Below the pieces are notes generated by a model. That model was not told where the DNA came from. It was given only the letters and a program-made list of their open reading frames with translations, and made no database searches. A DNA stretch of 64,000 nt from contig OZ245777.1 in the NCBI GenBank assembly GCA_965227775.1, positions 2,944,001 through 3,008,000 on the forward strand. Direction: 5' to 3'. The translations under genes were made by a program, and so were the position numbers. This DNA is from Phycisphaerales bacterium (GTDB lineage: Bacteria; Planctomycetota; Phycisphaerae; Phycisphaerales; UBA1924). Shown here one piece after another: positions 1 through 9,347 of the stretch. Every line of letters begins with the position of its first letter. The stretch's first letter is position 1.

Positions 1-24
1 GGGCGTCCACATATCTTCGCCCAT
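1..24 (-). CDS. possible 5' end of a CDS running off the window edge (MGEDMWTP...)
   Basis: ATG at 24-22 on the minus strand, downstream of pilT, open to the window edge; only 8 codons visible. Confidence 0.2.
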
Positions 25-147
25 CACCGCGTGATGATGCCAAGATCTGGGTCGATTGTCGGGACAAAACAATATGGGACACATGGATACTCGGCCGAAT
101 CAATCGCTTGAATCAGCCAACACCCACACAGATTACGATCATGTTGA

Positions 148-1299
148 TCACGCGACGTCGTCTTCGTCAAGCTCCGGACGACCAATGGTCTTGCCCGCCT
201 GATGCACGCGATCACGAAGGGCACCTGGATCCTTGCCCTTATCGACCATCTCCTCGGCACTGATGATGCCCTTGGTGTAGAGGTTCCACAGGTGGTCATC
301 GAGCAGCTGCATGCCGAACTTGGCACCGGTCTGGATCGACGAATCGATGCGGAACGTCTTGCCCTCACGAATGAGGTTGGCGATGGCCGGAGTGACCATA
401 AGGAACTCGTAGGCCGCGATCCGGCCGGGCTTATCGACCCGCTTGAGCAGGGCCTGGCTGAGCACAGCGATGAGGGCCGTCGAGAGCTGGACACGGATCT
501 GGTTCTGCTGGCTGACCGGGAAGGCGTCGACCACGCGGTCGATCGTCTTGGCGGCGCCGGTGGTGTGCAGGGTGCCGAACACTAAGTGGCCCGTCTCGGC
601 CGCTCGGATGGCCGCCTCGATGGTTTCGAGGTCACGCATCTCACCTACCAGGATCACGTCCGGGTCGGAGCGGAGCACGCGGCGGAGGGCCTCGGCGAAG
701 CTGGGCACGTCGTTGCCCACCTCGCGCTGGTTCACCACGCTCTTCTTGTGGTAGTGGAAGTACTCGATGGGGTCTTCCATGGTCACGATGTGCCGGTCGT
801 AGTAGGTGTTGATGTAGTCAAGCACCGTCGCGAGGCTGGTGGTCTTGCCCGAACCGGTCGGCCCGGTCACCAGGAACAGGCCACGAGGACGGCGGCTGAG
901 ATCGCGAACGGCCTCCGGAAGGCCGATCTGTTCGAAGGTCAGCAGTTCGTTGGGGATGAGTCGGAGCACCAGGGCGAGGTCGCCGCGCTGCTTGAAGATC
1001 GACACACGGAAGCGGGCAGCGTCGCCATAGCCGAACCCGAAGTCCGTGCCGCCCATCTCGTTGATTTCCTGCTGGTTCCGCTCTGGGGTAATCGACTTCA
1101 TCAGCGACACCATGTCGTCCGAGTCGAGGACCTTGGTCTCCAGGTTCTTCAGCCCGCCGTGGAGGCGGACTGTCGGCTTGCGGCCGACGGTCAGGTGGAG
1201 GTCGCTCGCGCCCGTGCGGACCACGGTGTCGAGCAGTCGGTCGATCTGAACGGTGGCGCCGCCGCTGCCGCGGTCGCCCGAATCGTCGTACGAGGCCAT
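148..1299 (-). CDS. pilT: type IV pilus retraction ATPase PilT
   Basis: ASDLHL N-terminus, Walker A GPTGSGKT, EDPIE, DPDVILVGEMRD, GHLVFGTLH, AIANLIRE motif; RBS GAGGAG upstream. Confidence 0.93.
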   Translation of the reverse strand: MASYDDSGDRGSGGATVQIDRLLDTVVRTGASDLHLTVGRKPTVRLHGGLKNLETKVLDSDDMVSLMKSITPERNQQEINEMGGTDFGFGYGDAARFRVSIFKQRGDLALVLRLIPNELLTFEQIGLPEAVRDLSRRPRGLFLVTGPTGSGKTTSLATVLDYINTYYDRHIVTMEDPIEYFHYHKKSVVNQREVGNDVPSFAEALRRVLRSDPDVILVGEMRDLETIEAAIRAAETGHLVFGTLHTTGAAKTIDRVVDAFPVSQQNQIRVQLSTALIAVLSQALLKRVDKPGRIAAYEFLMVTPAIANLIREGKTFRIDSSIQTGAKFGMQLLDDHLWNLYTKGIISAEEMVDKGKDPGALRDRVHQAGKTIGRPELDEDDVA

Positions 1300-1357
1300 G
1301 CAAGGTCTCCTCAGGTCGAACGAACCGCTCGGTTCCGGGCGGTTCGCGGTGTCGTTG

Positions 1358-3079
1358 TTAGTCGGCGGTCTGGGTCACGCGGGCGACTTCGTCGGGCGTG
1401 GTATCACCCTTCAAGATCTTCCGCTTTCCGTCCTCGGTCAGTGTCTTCATGCCGCTCTTGATGGCCGCCTGGCGTAGCTCGGCCACGGGAGCCTTGCGGA
1501 ATGCCATCTCGCGGAGGTCGCTGTTCATGAGCATCATCTCGAAGATGGCCTTTCGGCCCTTGTAGCCGGTGGGCGCCTCGGGTGCGCTGCCAGGCTTGTA
1601 GACCTTGCCCTCCCACTCTCCGGCCTTAATGCCGCAAAGGTGCAGGAACTTGGGGTCGGGATTGTCATCGAGCACCCTACTGGGCTGGTGCAGCATGCGG
1701 ATGAGGCGCTGAGCCATCACCGCCTGGATCGAGCTGGCCACAAGGAAGGGCTTGATGCCCATGTCGATCAGACGCGTGATGGCACTGGGCGCGTCGTTGG
1801 TGTGCAGCGTGCTGAACACGAGGTGGCCGGTCAGTGCGGCCTGGATGGCGATCTCGCCCACTTCCTTATCACGGATCTCACCGACGAGGATGATGTTGGG
1901 CGCCTGGCGGAGCATGCTTCGCAGGATGGCCGGGAACGTCAGGCCGATGCCCTCGCGAACCTGGCATTGGTTGATGCCCTCGAAGTTGTACTCAACCGGA
2001 TCTTCTGCAGTGATGATCTTGCGGTCGGGACGGTTCAGCACGTCGAGCGCCGAATACAGCGTCGTGGTCTTGCCCGAACCGGTCGGGCCGGTCACGAGGA
2101 AGATCCCGTTCGGCCGGCGGATGATCTTGTTGAAGACCTCGAGGTTGTCGGACTCGAATCCCAGGTTTTCCAGACCGATCCGAACGGCGTCGGGCCGCAG
2201 AATACGCAGCACCACGCTCTCGCCGTGGTAGGTCGGGCAGGCCGACACACGGAAGTCGATGTCGGTCTGGTCAACGGGCAGCTTGATGCGACCGTCCTGG
2301 GGAATGCGCTTCTCGGCGATGTTCATGCCAGCGCTCAGCTTCACACGGCTGAGCAACGCGGGCTGCATGCGCTTGGGCAGGTTGTCACGCTCGATGCACA
2401 CGCCATCAATGCGATACCGAAGTCGAACGCGGTCGCCCATCGGTTCGATGTGCACGTCGCTCGCTCGCATGCGAACGGCTTCGCTCAGGATGCGGTTCAC
2501 GAGCTTCACGATCGGAGCGTCCTCGGACGCAACGTCGATCGACTTGTCAACCGAGCGATCGACCGAGCGGTCGATCGATGCGGTCACCAGGCCCTTCTCG
2601 CCCGGCTTGCCCTCCTGCTCGGCCGATGCGGCCTGGGCCTGGCCGTTCTCTGGGCCGCCCTCCAGGAACATACGAATAGCGGTCTTGGACGCGAGCAGCG
2701 GATCGATCTCAAGGTTCAGGCGGAACCGCAGCATGTCCTGCAGCTCGAGGTCCATCGGGTCGGAGACGATCAGCTTGAGGCGACCGCCATCCTTCGCGAC
2801 GGGTAGCACCATGTGCTTGCGGACGATCTCCTTAGGGATGAGGTCGACCTGGACGGTCTCCTTCGTGGCGGGGTCGTTCGGATTCACATACGGCACGCCG
2901 TACTGCTCGGCCAGCCCCTGGGCGACCTGCTCGTCGGTAGCAAACCCGGCCTCGACCAGCGCCTGGCCAACCCGTCGGCGGGAGCCCTTGGCGATACCGA
3001 GGGCTTTATCCATGTCTTCCTGGCTGACGACGCCCTTGGCCACCAGGATCTCACCAAGCTTCTTGCGATTTCGTGCCAT
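1358..3079 (-). CDS. pilB: PilB/GspE family assembly ATPase with N-terminal MshEN-like region
   Basis: ASDVHIEP, EKRIPQDGR, GPTGSGKT, EDPVEY, GEIRD, GHLVFSTLHTND; start trimmed to MARNRKKLGEIL (ATG at 3079). Confidence 0.88.
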   Translation of the reverse strand: MARNRKKLGEILVAKGVVSQEDMDKALGIAKGSRRRVGQALVEAGFATDEQVAQGLAEQYGVPYVNPNDPATKETVQVDLIPKEIVRKHMVLPVAKDGGRLKLIVSDPMDLELQDMLRFRLNLEIDPLLASKTAIRMFLEGGPENGQAQAASAEQEGKPGEKGLVTASIDRSVDRSVDKSIDVASEDAPIVKLVNRILSEAVRMRASDVHIEPMGDRVRLRYRIDGVCIERDNLPKRMQPALLSRVKLSAGMNIAEKRIPQDGRIKLPVDQTDIDFRVSACPTYHGESVVLRILRPDAVRIGLENLGFESDNLEVFNKIIRRPNGIFLVTGPTGSGKTTTLYSALDVLNRPDRKIITAEDPVEYNFEGINQCQVREGIGLTFPAILRSMLRQAPNIILVGEIRDKEVGEIAIQAALTGHLVFSTLHTNDAPSAITRLIDMGIKPFLVASSIQAVMAQRLIRMLHQPSRVLDDNPDPKFLHLCGIKAGEWEGKVYKPGSAPEAPTGYKGRKAIFEMMLMNSDLREMAFRKAPVAELRQAAIKSGMKTLTEDGKRKILKGDTTPDEVARVTQTAD

Positions 3080-3309
3080 AACGCGAATGTGCCCCGATTG
3101 AAGCCCTGACCGTGAACGCCGACCGGCCTGATTAGCCTCGGCGTGGAGTCTGCGATAGCCCCGCACGGACCGATGGGCCCGGCGGCGTTCCGTGACAGCG
3201 TACGCCGAGTGGACAGCCCCGGAGCGGCCCAGGGGCACTTTGCGCCAACCCAACCGCCACCGAACCTAGCCTTGATGAACGCCCGGGCCGCCTTCCTTCT
3301 TGAGCCATC

Positions 3310-4062
3310 ATGCCCAGCCACACTCCATCGCAATCCGCCGGAAATGCCACGTCGGCATCGGTGCTGATCACCGCGGGGCCTACGCACGAACCCATCGACG
3401 CGGTGCGCTACCTGGCCAACCGATCATCCGGCCGCCTGGGGCTTGCACTCGCAGATGCCGCGACGCGGCAGGGGTGTAAGACCACGCTGCTACTCGGGCC
3501 GACGGGCGGGCCGGTTGTTGCTCATACCAATACCCAAACGGGGCCAGCGAACGCCGACCCCGAGCAAGCACCAGATTCGCCGTGGACGCTCCGCCGGTTC
3601 CGGTCTTCGAGGGATCTAGAGGCGCTGCTGGTGCAGGAAGCCCCGACGTTCGACGTGCTGATCATGGCGGCCGCGGTCGCGGACTATCGCCCGGCAACAC
3701 CCGTTTCCGGCAAGTTGCCTCGCACCGCCGCGGGGCTGACGCTTGAGCTCGAACCCGTGCCCGACCTGCTGGCGACGGCAACTGCGGCAATGGAGCCCGG
3801 AGCTGTGGCGATCGGCTTCGCGTTGGAGGAAGACACGACCAGCCACGATCGCGCCATGAACAAGATGGCCCGCAAGGGCTGCCGGGCGATCGTGCTCAAT
3901 CCGCTGGCAACGATGGACTCGCCCGACATCGACGCGACAATCCTGTTCGCCGATGGGTCGCCGCCACTCTCGCCCGGCCCGCTCTCGAAGGACGCGTTCG
4001 CCCGCCGCCTGATCGAGGTATCGCTAGGCCTGTGGGCGCGCCGCGAAGGATCCGACTCGTGA
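3310..4062 (+). CDS. coaB: phosphopantothenate--cysteine ligase (CoaB domain only)
   Basis: LITAGPTHEPIDAVRYLANRSSGRLG, MAAAVADYRP, IGFALE; no CoaC flavoprotein domain. Confidence 0.85.
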   Translation: MPSHTPSQSAGNATSASVLITAGPTHEPIDAVRYLANRSSGRLGLALADAATRQGCKTTLLLGPTGGPVVAHTNTQTGPANADPEQAPDSPWTLRRFRSSRDLEALLVQEAPTFDVLIMAAAVADYRPATPVSGKLPRTAAGLTLELEPVPDLLATATAAMEPGAVAIGFALEEDTTSHDRAMNKMARKGCRAIVLNPLATMDSPDIDATILFADGSPPLSPGPLSKDAFARRLIEVSLGLWARREGSDS

Positions 4063-5762
4063 GCCCAGCACCACGCAAGCCCGGAGGCTCGCCGAAGCAG
4101 GGCGGCAAGCCCAGGCGCAAGCCGCCCAGGAGCGATCGGTCGCAGCACGTCGAGTTTCGACCGAGGCAACACGTGCGCGGTTCGAGCCCAGGACCCAAGG
4201 CGCCGCAAATCCGGCCGATTATTCTTGGCGAGCACGACGGGGTCGTGGTCGTCGAGAAGCCCGCGGGCATCGTGACCGCCGACAAGGACCCCAACCGAGA
4301 ATCGGTGCTTGCGCACGTGAAGCGATGGCTGAAGAACACGCGGCCCGATGCGCGCGTGTGGGTGGTCCATCGGCTGGACAAGGACGCGAGTGGCCTGCTG
4401 CTCTTCGCGACCACCCCTGAGGTCTATTCGTGGTTGAAGGAAGACCTGCGGGCCCACCGCGTAGAGCGCGAGTACACGGCAGTCGTGCAAGGAGCGCCTG
4501 AGTGGCAAGGCGAGCACACGCTGGCCGATCGCCTGCTCGATGGTCCCGAGCATCGGACGGTATTGGTCGCTCCGCCGACATCGACGACGGCGCGCAATGC
4601 GGTGACGCACGCGCGCGTGCTTGAAAGGGGCAAGGGCCGAGCGATGGTGTCGCTGCGACTCGAGACCGGGCGACGGCATCAGCTCCGAGTGCAGCTCAGG
4701 CACGCCGGCCATCCGATCCTGGGTGATCGCCTCTATGGACTGGAGCCCACAGGAGCTGAGAAGAAGAACAAGCATCTGCGCCTTTGCCTGCACGCCAGCA
4801 AGCTCACCCTGCACCACCCGGGCACCGGGCAGAAACTCGTGTTCGAGTCTCCCCCGCCGGCACGGTTCTACACGCTCGTCGGAAAGAAGGCTCCAAACGC
4901 ATCGATCGAGAAGCCCAAGGAGGCCGGGCCGAAGCCCCAACAGTCGACCGCGAAGGGCTGGGACCACGTCGCCGCGTGGTACGACAAGCTCGTGGGTGAG
5001 GGTCAGAGCGACCACCACTCGGCGGTCATCATTCCCGGCACGCTGCGGCTGCTGGACTTGCGCGAGGGAGAGCAACTTCTCGACGTAGCCTGCGGTGAGG
5101 GCGTGCTCGCGCGCGCGGCTGCCCAGCTCGGCGTGCGGGTTACGGGCATCGATGCGTCGGGGCGCTTGATTGACGCCGCCAGGAAGCGGGCCGGTGGCCT
5201 TGAGAAGTACGAGAGCGGCGACGCCCGGCAGCTCGACGCGTTGGGGCTTGGTCGCGACTTTGATGCCGCCGCCTGCATCATGGCGCTCATGAACATTGAC
5301 ACGCTCGAGGGCGTGTTCCGCGGCGTGGCGCAGTCGCTGAGACCGGAAGGACGGTTCGTGGCGGTGGTGTTGCACCCGGCGTTTCGCGCACCGGGCCAGA
5401 CCAGCTGGCAGTGGGACGAAGCGGAACAGTCCGGCCCCGGCCGGTCGCCGAAGTCGGACCAGCGTCAGTTTCGGCGCGTCGATGGGTACCTGACCCCGTA
5501 CGCGCATCCGATCGTGATGAATCCCGGCGCAGCGGCGCGCGGGCGGAAGCCGATCACGACCACGACGCACCACCGGCCGATCCAGGCATATGCGTCGGCG
5601 TTGTCGCGGTGCGGATTTGCCATCGAGGCCATCGAAGAATGGCCCAGCCAGCGGCAGAGCGAGCCAGGCCCCAGATCAGACGAAGAGAACCGGGCACGGC
5701 GTGAGATTCCGTTGTTCCTCGCGTGGCGCGCGCGGCTCGTGTCACCGGCTGGCGATCAGTAG
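4059..5762 (+). CDS. RluA-family pseudouridine synthase fused to a class I SAM-dependent methyltransferase
   Basis: KPAG, VHRLDKDASG (catalytic Asp), TGRRHQLRVQ, GHPILGDRLYG, LCLHA; C-terminal LLDVACGEG SAM motif; GTG start overlaps the coaB TGA. Confidence 0.85.
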   Translation: MSPAPRKPGGSPKQGGKPRRKPPRSDRSQHVEFRPRQHVRGSSPGPKAPQIRPIILGEHDGVVVVEKPAGIVTADKDPNRESVLAHVKRWLKNTRPDARVWVVHRLDKDASGLLLFATTPEVYSWLKEDLRAHRVEREYTAVVQGAPEWQGEHTLADRLLDGPEHRTVLVAPPTSTTARNAVTHARVLERGKGRAMVSLRLETGRRHQLRVQLRHAGHPILGDRLYGLEPTGAEKKNKHLRLCLHASKLTLHHPGTGQKLVFESPPPARFYTLVGKKAPNASIEKPKEAGPKPQQSTAKGWDHVAAWYDKLVGEGQSDHHSAVIIPGTLRLLDLREGEQLLDVACGEGVLARAAAQLGVRVTGIDASGRLIDAARKRAGGLEKYESGDARQLDALGLGRDFDAAACIMALMNIDTLEGVFRGVAQSLRPEGRFVAVVLHPAFRAPGQTSWQWDEAEQSGPGRSPKSDQRQFRRVDGYLTPYAHPIVMNPGAAARGRKPITTTTHHRPIQAYASALSRCGFAIEAIEEWPSQRQSEPGPRSDEENRARREIPLFLAWRARLVSPAGDQ

Positions 5763-6736
5763 CCGTAGTCCTCGAACGCGGCTTCCTTCTCGGTGAACGC
5801 GGCTCGCTGGGCGAGCGTGGCGGTAACCAATGGCGCGCCGACAAGTACGAGCACCAGTAACGCTGGCATCCACCAGCTCTTGAGCCGGGGCGCGACGAGT
5901 GCGCACACGCCGCAGCCAAGCGCGGCGACGAGGAGCAACGCCACCGACCACTCGGTCAGCAACGGCGAGCCCACGGCCCGGCCCAGAAGCAGCCATACGC
6001 CAATCGCCATCGCAACCAGCACGCCCAGCCCTCGGATGACGACGAATCCGGCCGAATGCGCGTACAGGCCCAGGGCGATCGCCCCCGACACGAGCACGGC
6101 CTGCACCAAGCCCGCTTGTTGGGACGACACGCTGATTCCGAAGTTGAAGATGATCGCCGGAATCGATACCAGCAACGCGGCGAAGACGACAACAGGTACG
6201 GGCCGCGTGACCACGCCGCGATCGAGGTTTGCCAAGCGATTGAGCAGGACTTGCACCAGGAACGCTGATACGCCGATGGCGGGCGCATCGAGGGCAATGT
6301 CAAGGACGAGATTCTCGGTGAACCACAGCGGCTCGCGAATGCCGTAGCCGACTGCAACGCCTCCGAGCAGGCACAGTGGCAGCGCGAACCACCATCGCGC
6401 CGGCCCAGCCGCGACAATCGCCGCAATGACCGCTCCGATCCCCACGAGCGCCGGGGTACGGAGGTTGACGTTCTCGGGCCACCAGCCCTCGTAGCTCTCG
6501 ACGAGCCGCATCGACAGCACCGCACCCGCACCCACAAGCAGCGTCGCCACGAACACGACGGACCGCTCGAAGACGCCTCGAGGGACCATCGGTGGCTGTT
6601 TGAACGGCTTGACCTGAGCCGGCGGGAGCGGGCCGCGCTTGATCGATACGAGCGCACCAGCGGCCACGAGCACGAACGTGGTGATCACGCCCGGCACGAC
6701 GCCGCCGTACAGCGCAGCGTTGATGCGAGGATCCAT
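5756..6736 (-). CDS. multi-pass membrane protein of unknown function
   Basis: about 9-10 hydrophobic segments; 6 bp downstream of the YceI gene. Confidence 0.75.
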   Translation of the reverse strand: MDPRINAALYGGVVPGVITTFVLVAAGALVSIKRGPLPPAQVKPFKQPPMVPRGVFERSVVFVATLLVGAGAVLSMRLVESYEGWWPENVNLRTPALVGIGAVIAAIVAAGPARWWFALPLCLLGGVAVGYGIREPLWFTENLVLDIALDAPAIGVSAFLVQVLLNRLANLDRGVVTRPVPVVVFAALLVSIPAIIFNFGISVSSQQAGLVQAVLVSGAIALGLYAHSAGFVVIRGLGVLVAMAIGVWLLLGRAVGSPLLTEWSVALLLVAALGCGVCALVAPRLKSWWMPALLVLVLVGAPLVTATLAQRAAFTEKEAAFEDYGY

Positions 6737-6742
6737 GCGGTT

Positions 6743-7390
6743 TTACTGAGCGGCCTTGACGAAGACAGTCAACTCGACGGTATCTCCCAGCCCGCCGTTG
6801 TCGATCGCGGCCGTCATGTTGAAGTCGCTGCGATCGAAGCTCATGGTGGCCTCGTAGCCGGCGTAGCGCTGGTTGCGGAAATCGCCCTCGCCGGTCTTGG
6901 TGATGGTGGCCGACACGGGCAGGGTCTTGCCGAGCAGCGTGAGCTCGCCATTGACGGTGACGCTGCCGTCGCTGTTGGCCTTACCGCCGCTGGCCTTGAA
7001 CGTGCTCGTGGGGAACTGGCGCACGTTGAAGTAGTCGGCGCTGCGCAGGTGCTCATCTCGCGAGTTGTTACCCGTCAGCACGCGCGTTACGTCGATGGTC
7101 ACGTCGATCGATGCGTCGCCTGGGTTCGATGGGTCGAGGTCGAGCGTGCCCTCGATGCCCGGGAAGATGCCGTGGAAGGGCGACGAGCCGCCGTGCATGA
7201 TGCGGAACACCACCCCCGAGTGCACGCTGTCGATCTCGCCGGCTGCGGCCGACGTGGTGAACGAGGCGGGCGTCACGGCCGCCTGCTGCGGGGCGGCCGG
7301 CTGGGCCTGCGACAAGACGGCAACGCCAGTGGCGCCGGCGGCTCCGAGTGCGACCAGGCCGGTGCTCGCGAGGATCTTGCGGATCTGCAT
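6743..7390 (-). CDS. YceI family polyisoprenoid-binding protein, secreted
   Basis: signal peptide; IDSVHSGVVF, TGNNSRDEHLRSADYF, GELTLLG, RSDF; RBS AAGGAG. Confidence 0.9.
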   Translation of the reverse strand: MQIRKILASTGLVALGAAGATGVAVLSQAQPAAPQQAAVTPASFTTSAAAGEIDSVHSGVVFRIMHGGSSPFHGIFPGIEGTLDLDPSNPGDASIDVTIDVTRVLTGNNSRDEHLRSADYFNVRQFPTSTFKASGGKANSDGSVTVNGELTLLGKTLPVSATITKTGEGDFRNQRYAGYEATMSFDRSDFNMTAAIDNGGLGDTVELTVFVKAAQ

Positions 7391-7451
7391 GACGATGTTC
7401 TCCTTGGAGGGTGCTCAACCCGCGACCGCGGGCCTGCGAGCAACCGGGGGC

Positions 7452-8045
7452 TTAGCGCGCGTATTCCGGCTCGTTGCCGGGCTTCCACTTGATCGAGCAA
7501 CCGATGCTCGGCTTCTGGGGCCAATCGATGGGCTGGCCGGTCATTACGGCTTCGATCGCCATGCGGAGGTCGCGGCCGGTTACGGGCTCGTCGGTGCCGG
7601 GACGGCTGTCGTCGAGCTGGCCGCGGTAGGCAAGCTCAAAGTTCGCGTCGTACACGAAGAAATCGGGCGTGCAGGCCGCTTGGTAGGCCTTGGCCACCGA
7701 CTGATCGGCGTCGTAGAGGTACGGGAAGTCGAAGCCGTGTTCACGTGCGATCTCGGCCATCCGTTCTGGGGCATCATCGGGGTGCGTATCGACGTCATTG
7801 GGCATGATGGCGACGAAGGCCACACCCTTGCTCGTGCAATCCCGGCCCAGGCGGGCGACCTCGTCCATGATGTGCTTCACGAAGGGGCAGTGGTTGCAGA
7901 TGAACGCGACCACAAGCACCTTGGCGCCCTGGAATCCATCCAGGTCGATCACAGTGCCGGGCGGGTTCTTGCCCGAGTAATCCAGCAGGCTGAATTCTGG
8001 GGCCTTGGACCCGAGCGGGAGCATCACAGACTCGACGGGGGGCAT
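7452..8045 (-). CDS. thioredoxin-fold AhpC/TSA (PRX-like1) redoxin
   Basis: FICNHCPFV, AACTPDFF, YRGQLDD, PSIGCSIKW. Confidence 0.9.
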   Translation of the reverse strand: MPPVESVMLPLGSKAPEFSLLDYSGKNPPGTVIDLDGFQGAKVLVVAFICNHCPFVKHIMDEVARLGRDCTSKGVAFVAIMPNDVDTHPDDAPERMAEIAREHGFDFPYLYDADQSVAKAYQAACTPDFFVYDANFELAYRGQLDDSRPGTDEPVTGRDLRMAIEAVMTGQPIDWPQKPSIGCSIKWKPGNEPEYAR

Positions 8046-8147
8046 GGCGGGCTCTCCTGGCAGGAACGGGATTGGAGCGGACTCAGACCCAGCCTATCGC
8101 GTCGGCTTGGGCCAGCAAAAGTCAGGGGCGACCCCTCCGACGATGGC

Positions 8148-8394
8148 TATACTTCGCTTCGGCACGGTGGCTCGAGTGTGCCGACGCGGGCAAACCCGAA
8201 TGCTGAAGTCTTGTCCCGTTCCTTTCCGGGCGGGTCAGCGGAGTGGGAGCCGGCGGTTTTTTGATTCCGGAACGGCCTGTGTTGGCCGTCCTCACAGAAG
8301 CGCCCTGGGCGGGGCACTCCGGTAGGCCGTCAAGTGCCGAGCGCCGGAGTCGGGCCTTGCTACCGCCGGTGACGCTGCACGAAAGGCACCCGCC
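8148..8394 (+). promoter_or_regulatory. rpsB promoter (-10 TATACT at 8148-8153) and long structured 5' leader
   Basis: TATACT followed by about 235 nt with several complementary segments before the rpsB ATG. Confidence 0.5.
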
Positions 8395-9240
8395 ATGGCC
8401 GAAGCAACCGAAAACTCTCTCGTCAAGGACCTCATCGAAGCGGGCATCCACTTCGGGCAGCGCTCCAGCGCCTGGAACCCGAAGATGAACCGCTACATCT
8501 ACGACCGCCGCAACGGCCTGCACATCATCGACATCAAGGAGACCGTGAAGGGCCTGCTCCTGGCCAAGCGGTTCCTAGCCAAGACCGTGTCCGAGGGCAA
8601 GGACGTGTGCTTTGTGGGCACCAAGCGCCAGGCCAAGGACATCCTCGAGGAACGGGCCAAGGACGTGGGCATGCACTGCGTGACCGAGCGTTGGCTCGGC
8701 GGCATGCTGACCAACTTCCGCACGATCCGCACGCGGCTGAAGCGGCTCGAAGAGCTCGAGGCGATCGAGCAAGAAGACAACTTCGCGAGCTACTCCAAGA
8801 AGATGGAGAGCCAGCTCCGCCGCGAGATGACCAAGATCCGGCGCAACCTCGACGGCGTGCGCGCGATGGACAAGCTGCCCGGCGCACTCATGATCATCGA
8901 CGTGAAGCGCGAGATGACCGCCATCCGCGAGGCCCGCAAGCTGGGCATCCCCACGATCGCGCTCATCGATACCGATGGCGATCCGGACGTCGTCGACATC
9001 CCGATCCCCGGCAATGACGACAGCATGCGGTCGATCGACGTGATCATCCGCGAGCTGTGCAAGGCGGTTGCCGAAGGCAAGCAGGGCCGCAGCGTGAGCG
9101 AGGCCGCCAGCGACAAGGACGAGAGCGGCGCCGAGCAGCCGCGTCGCCGCAGCCGCCGGGCCCAGTACTCGGCCGATGCTCCCACGCCCGCCCCTGAGGG
9201 CGAGGCCGACCAGCCGGCCGCTGCGGCCAGCGAAAACTGA
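8395..9240 (+). CDS. rpsB: 30S ribosomal protein S2
   Basis: AGIHFG..WNPKM..YIY, FVGTKRQA, RWLGGMLTNF, IPGNDDS. Confidence 0.98.
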   Translation: MAEATENSLVKDLIEAGIHFGQRSSAWNPKMNRYIYDRRNGLHIIDIKETVKGLLLAKRFLAKTVSEGKDVCFVGTKRQAKDILEERAKDVGMHCVTERWLGGMLTNFRTIRTRLKRLEELEAIEQEDNFASYSKKMESQLRREMTKIRRNLDGVRAMDKLPGALMIIDVKREMTAIREARKLGIPTIALIDTDGDPDVVDIPIPGNDDSMRSIDVIIRELCKAVAEGKQGRSVSEAASDKDESGAEQPRRRSRRAQYSADAPTPAPEGEADQPAAAASEN

Positions 9241-9347
9241 GCGACACTCACCGCGATTCCGTTCTTGGCATCGCGACGCGACACGAATCCACGAGACACC
9301 CGCCGGCCCGAGCTGGGGTCGGCCTATCGAGCCGGAGAAGACTGAGC

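Noticed and set aside
3310..4062. coaB as a truncated coaBC pseudogene
   Set aside because: The ORF is intact and coupled to the next gene, and split CoaB/CoaC is a known arrangement.
3684..5573. Long antisense ORFs (for example 3684-5573, 20015-21841, 51289-53007, 56017-57636)
   Set aside because: Shadow ORFs of real high-GC genes with no recognisable motifs.
8185..8330. c-di-GMP-I riboswitch suggested by GGGCAAACC upstream of rpsB
   Set aside because: The GAAA-capped stem and the following GACGCAAAGC element are absent; an rpsB leader explains the region better.
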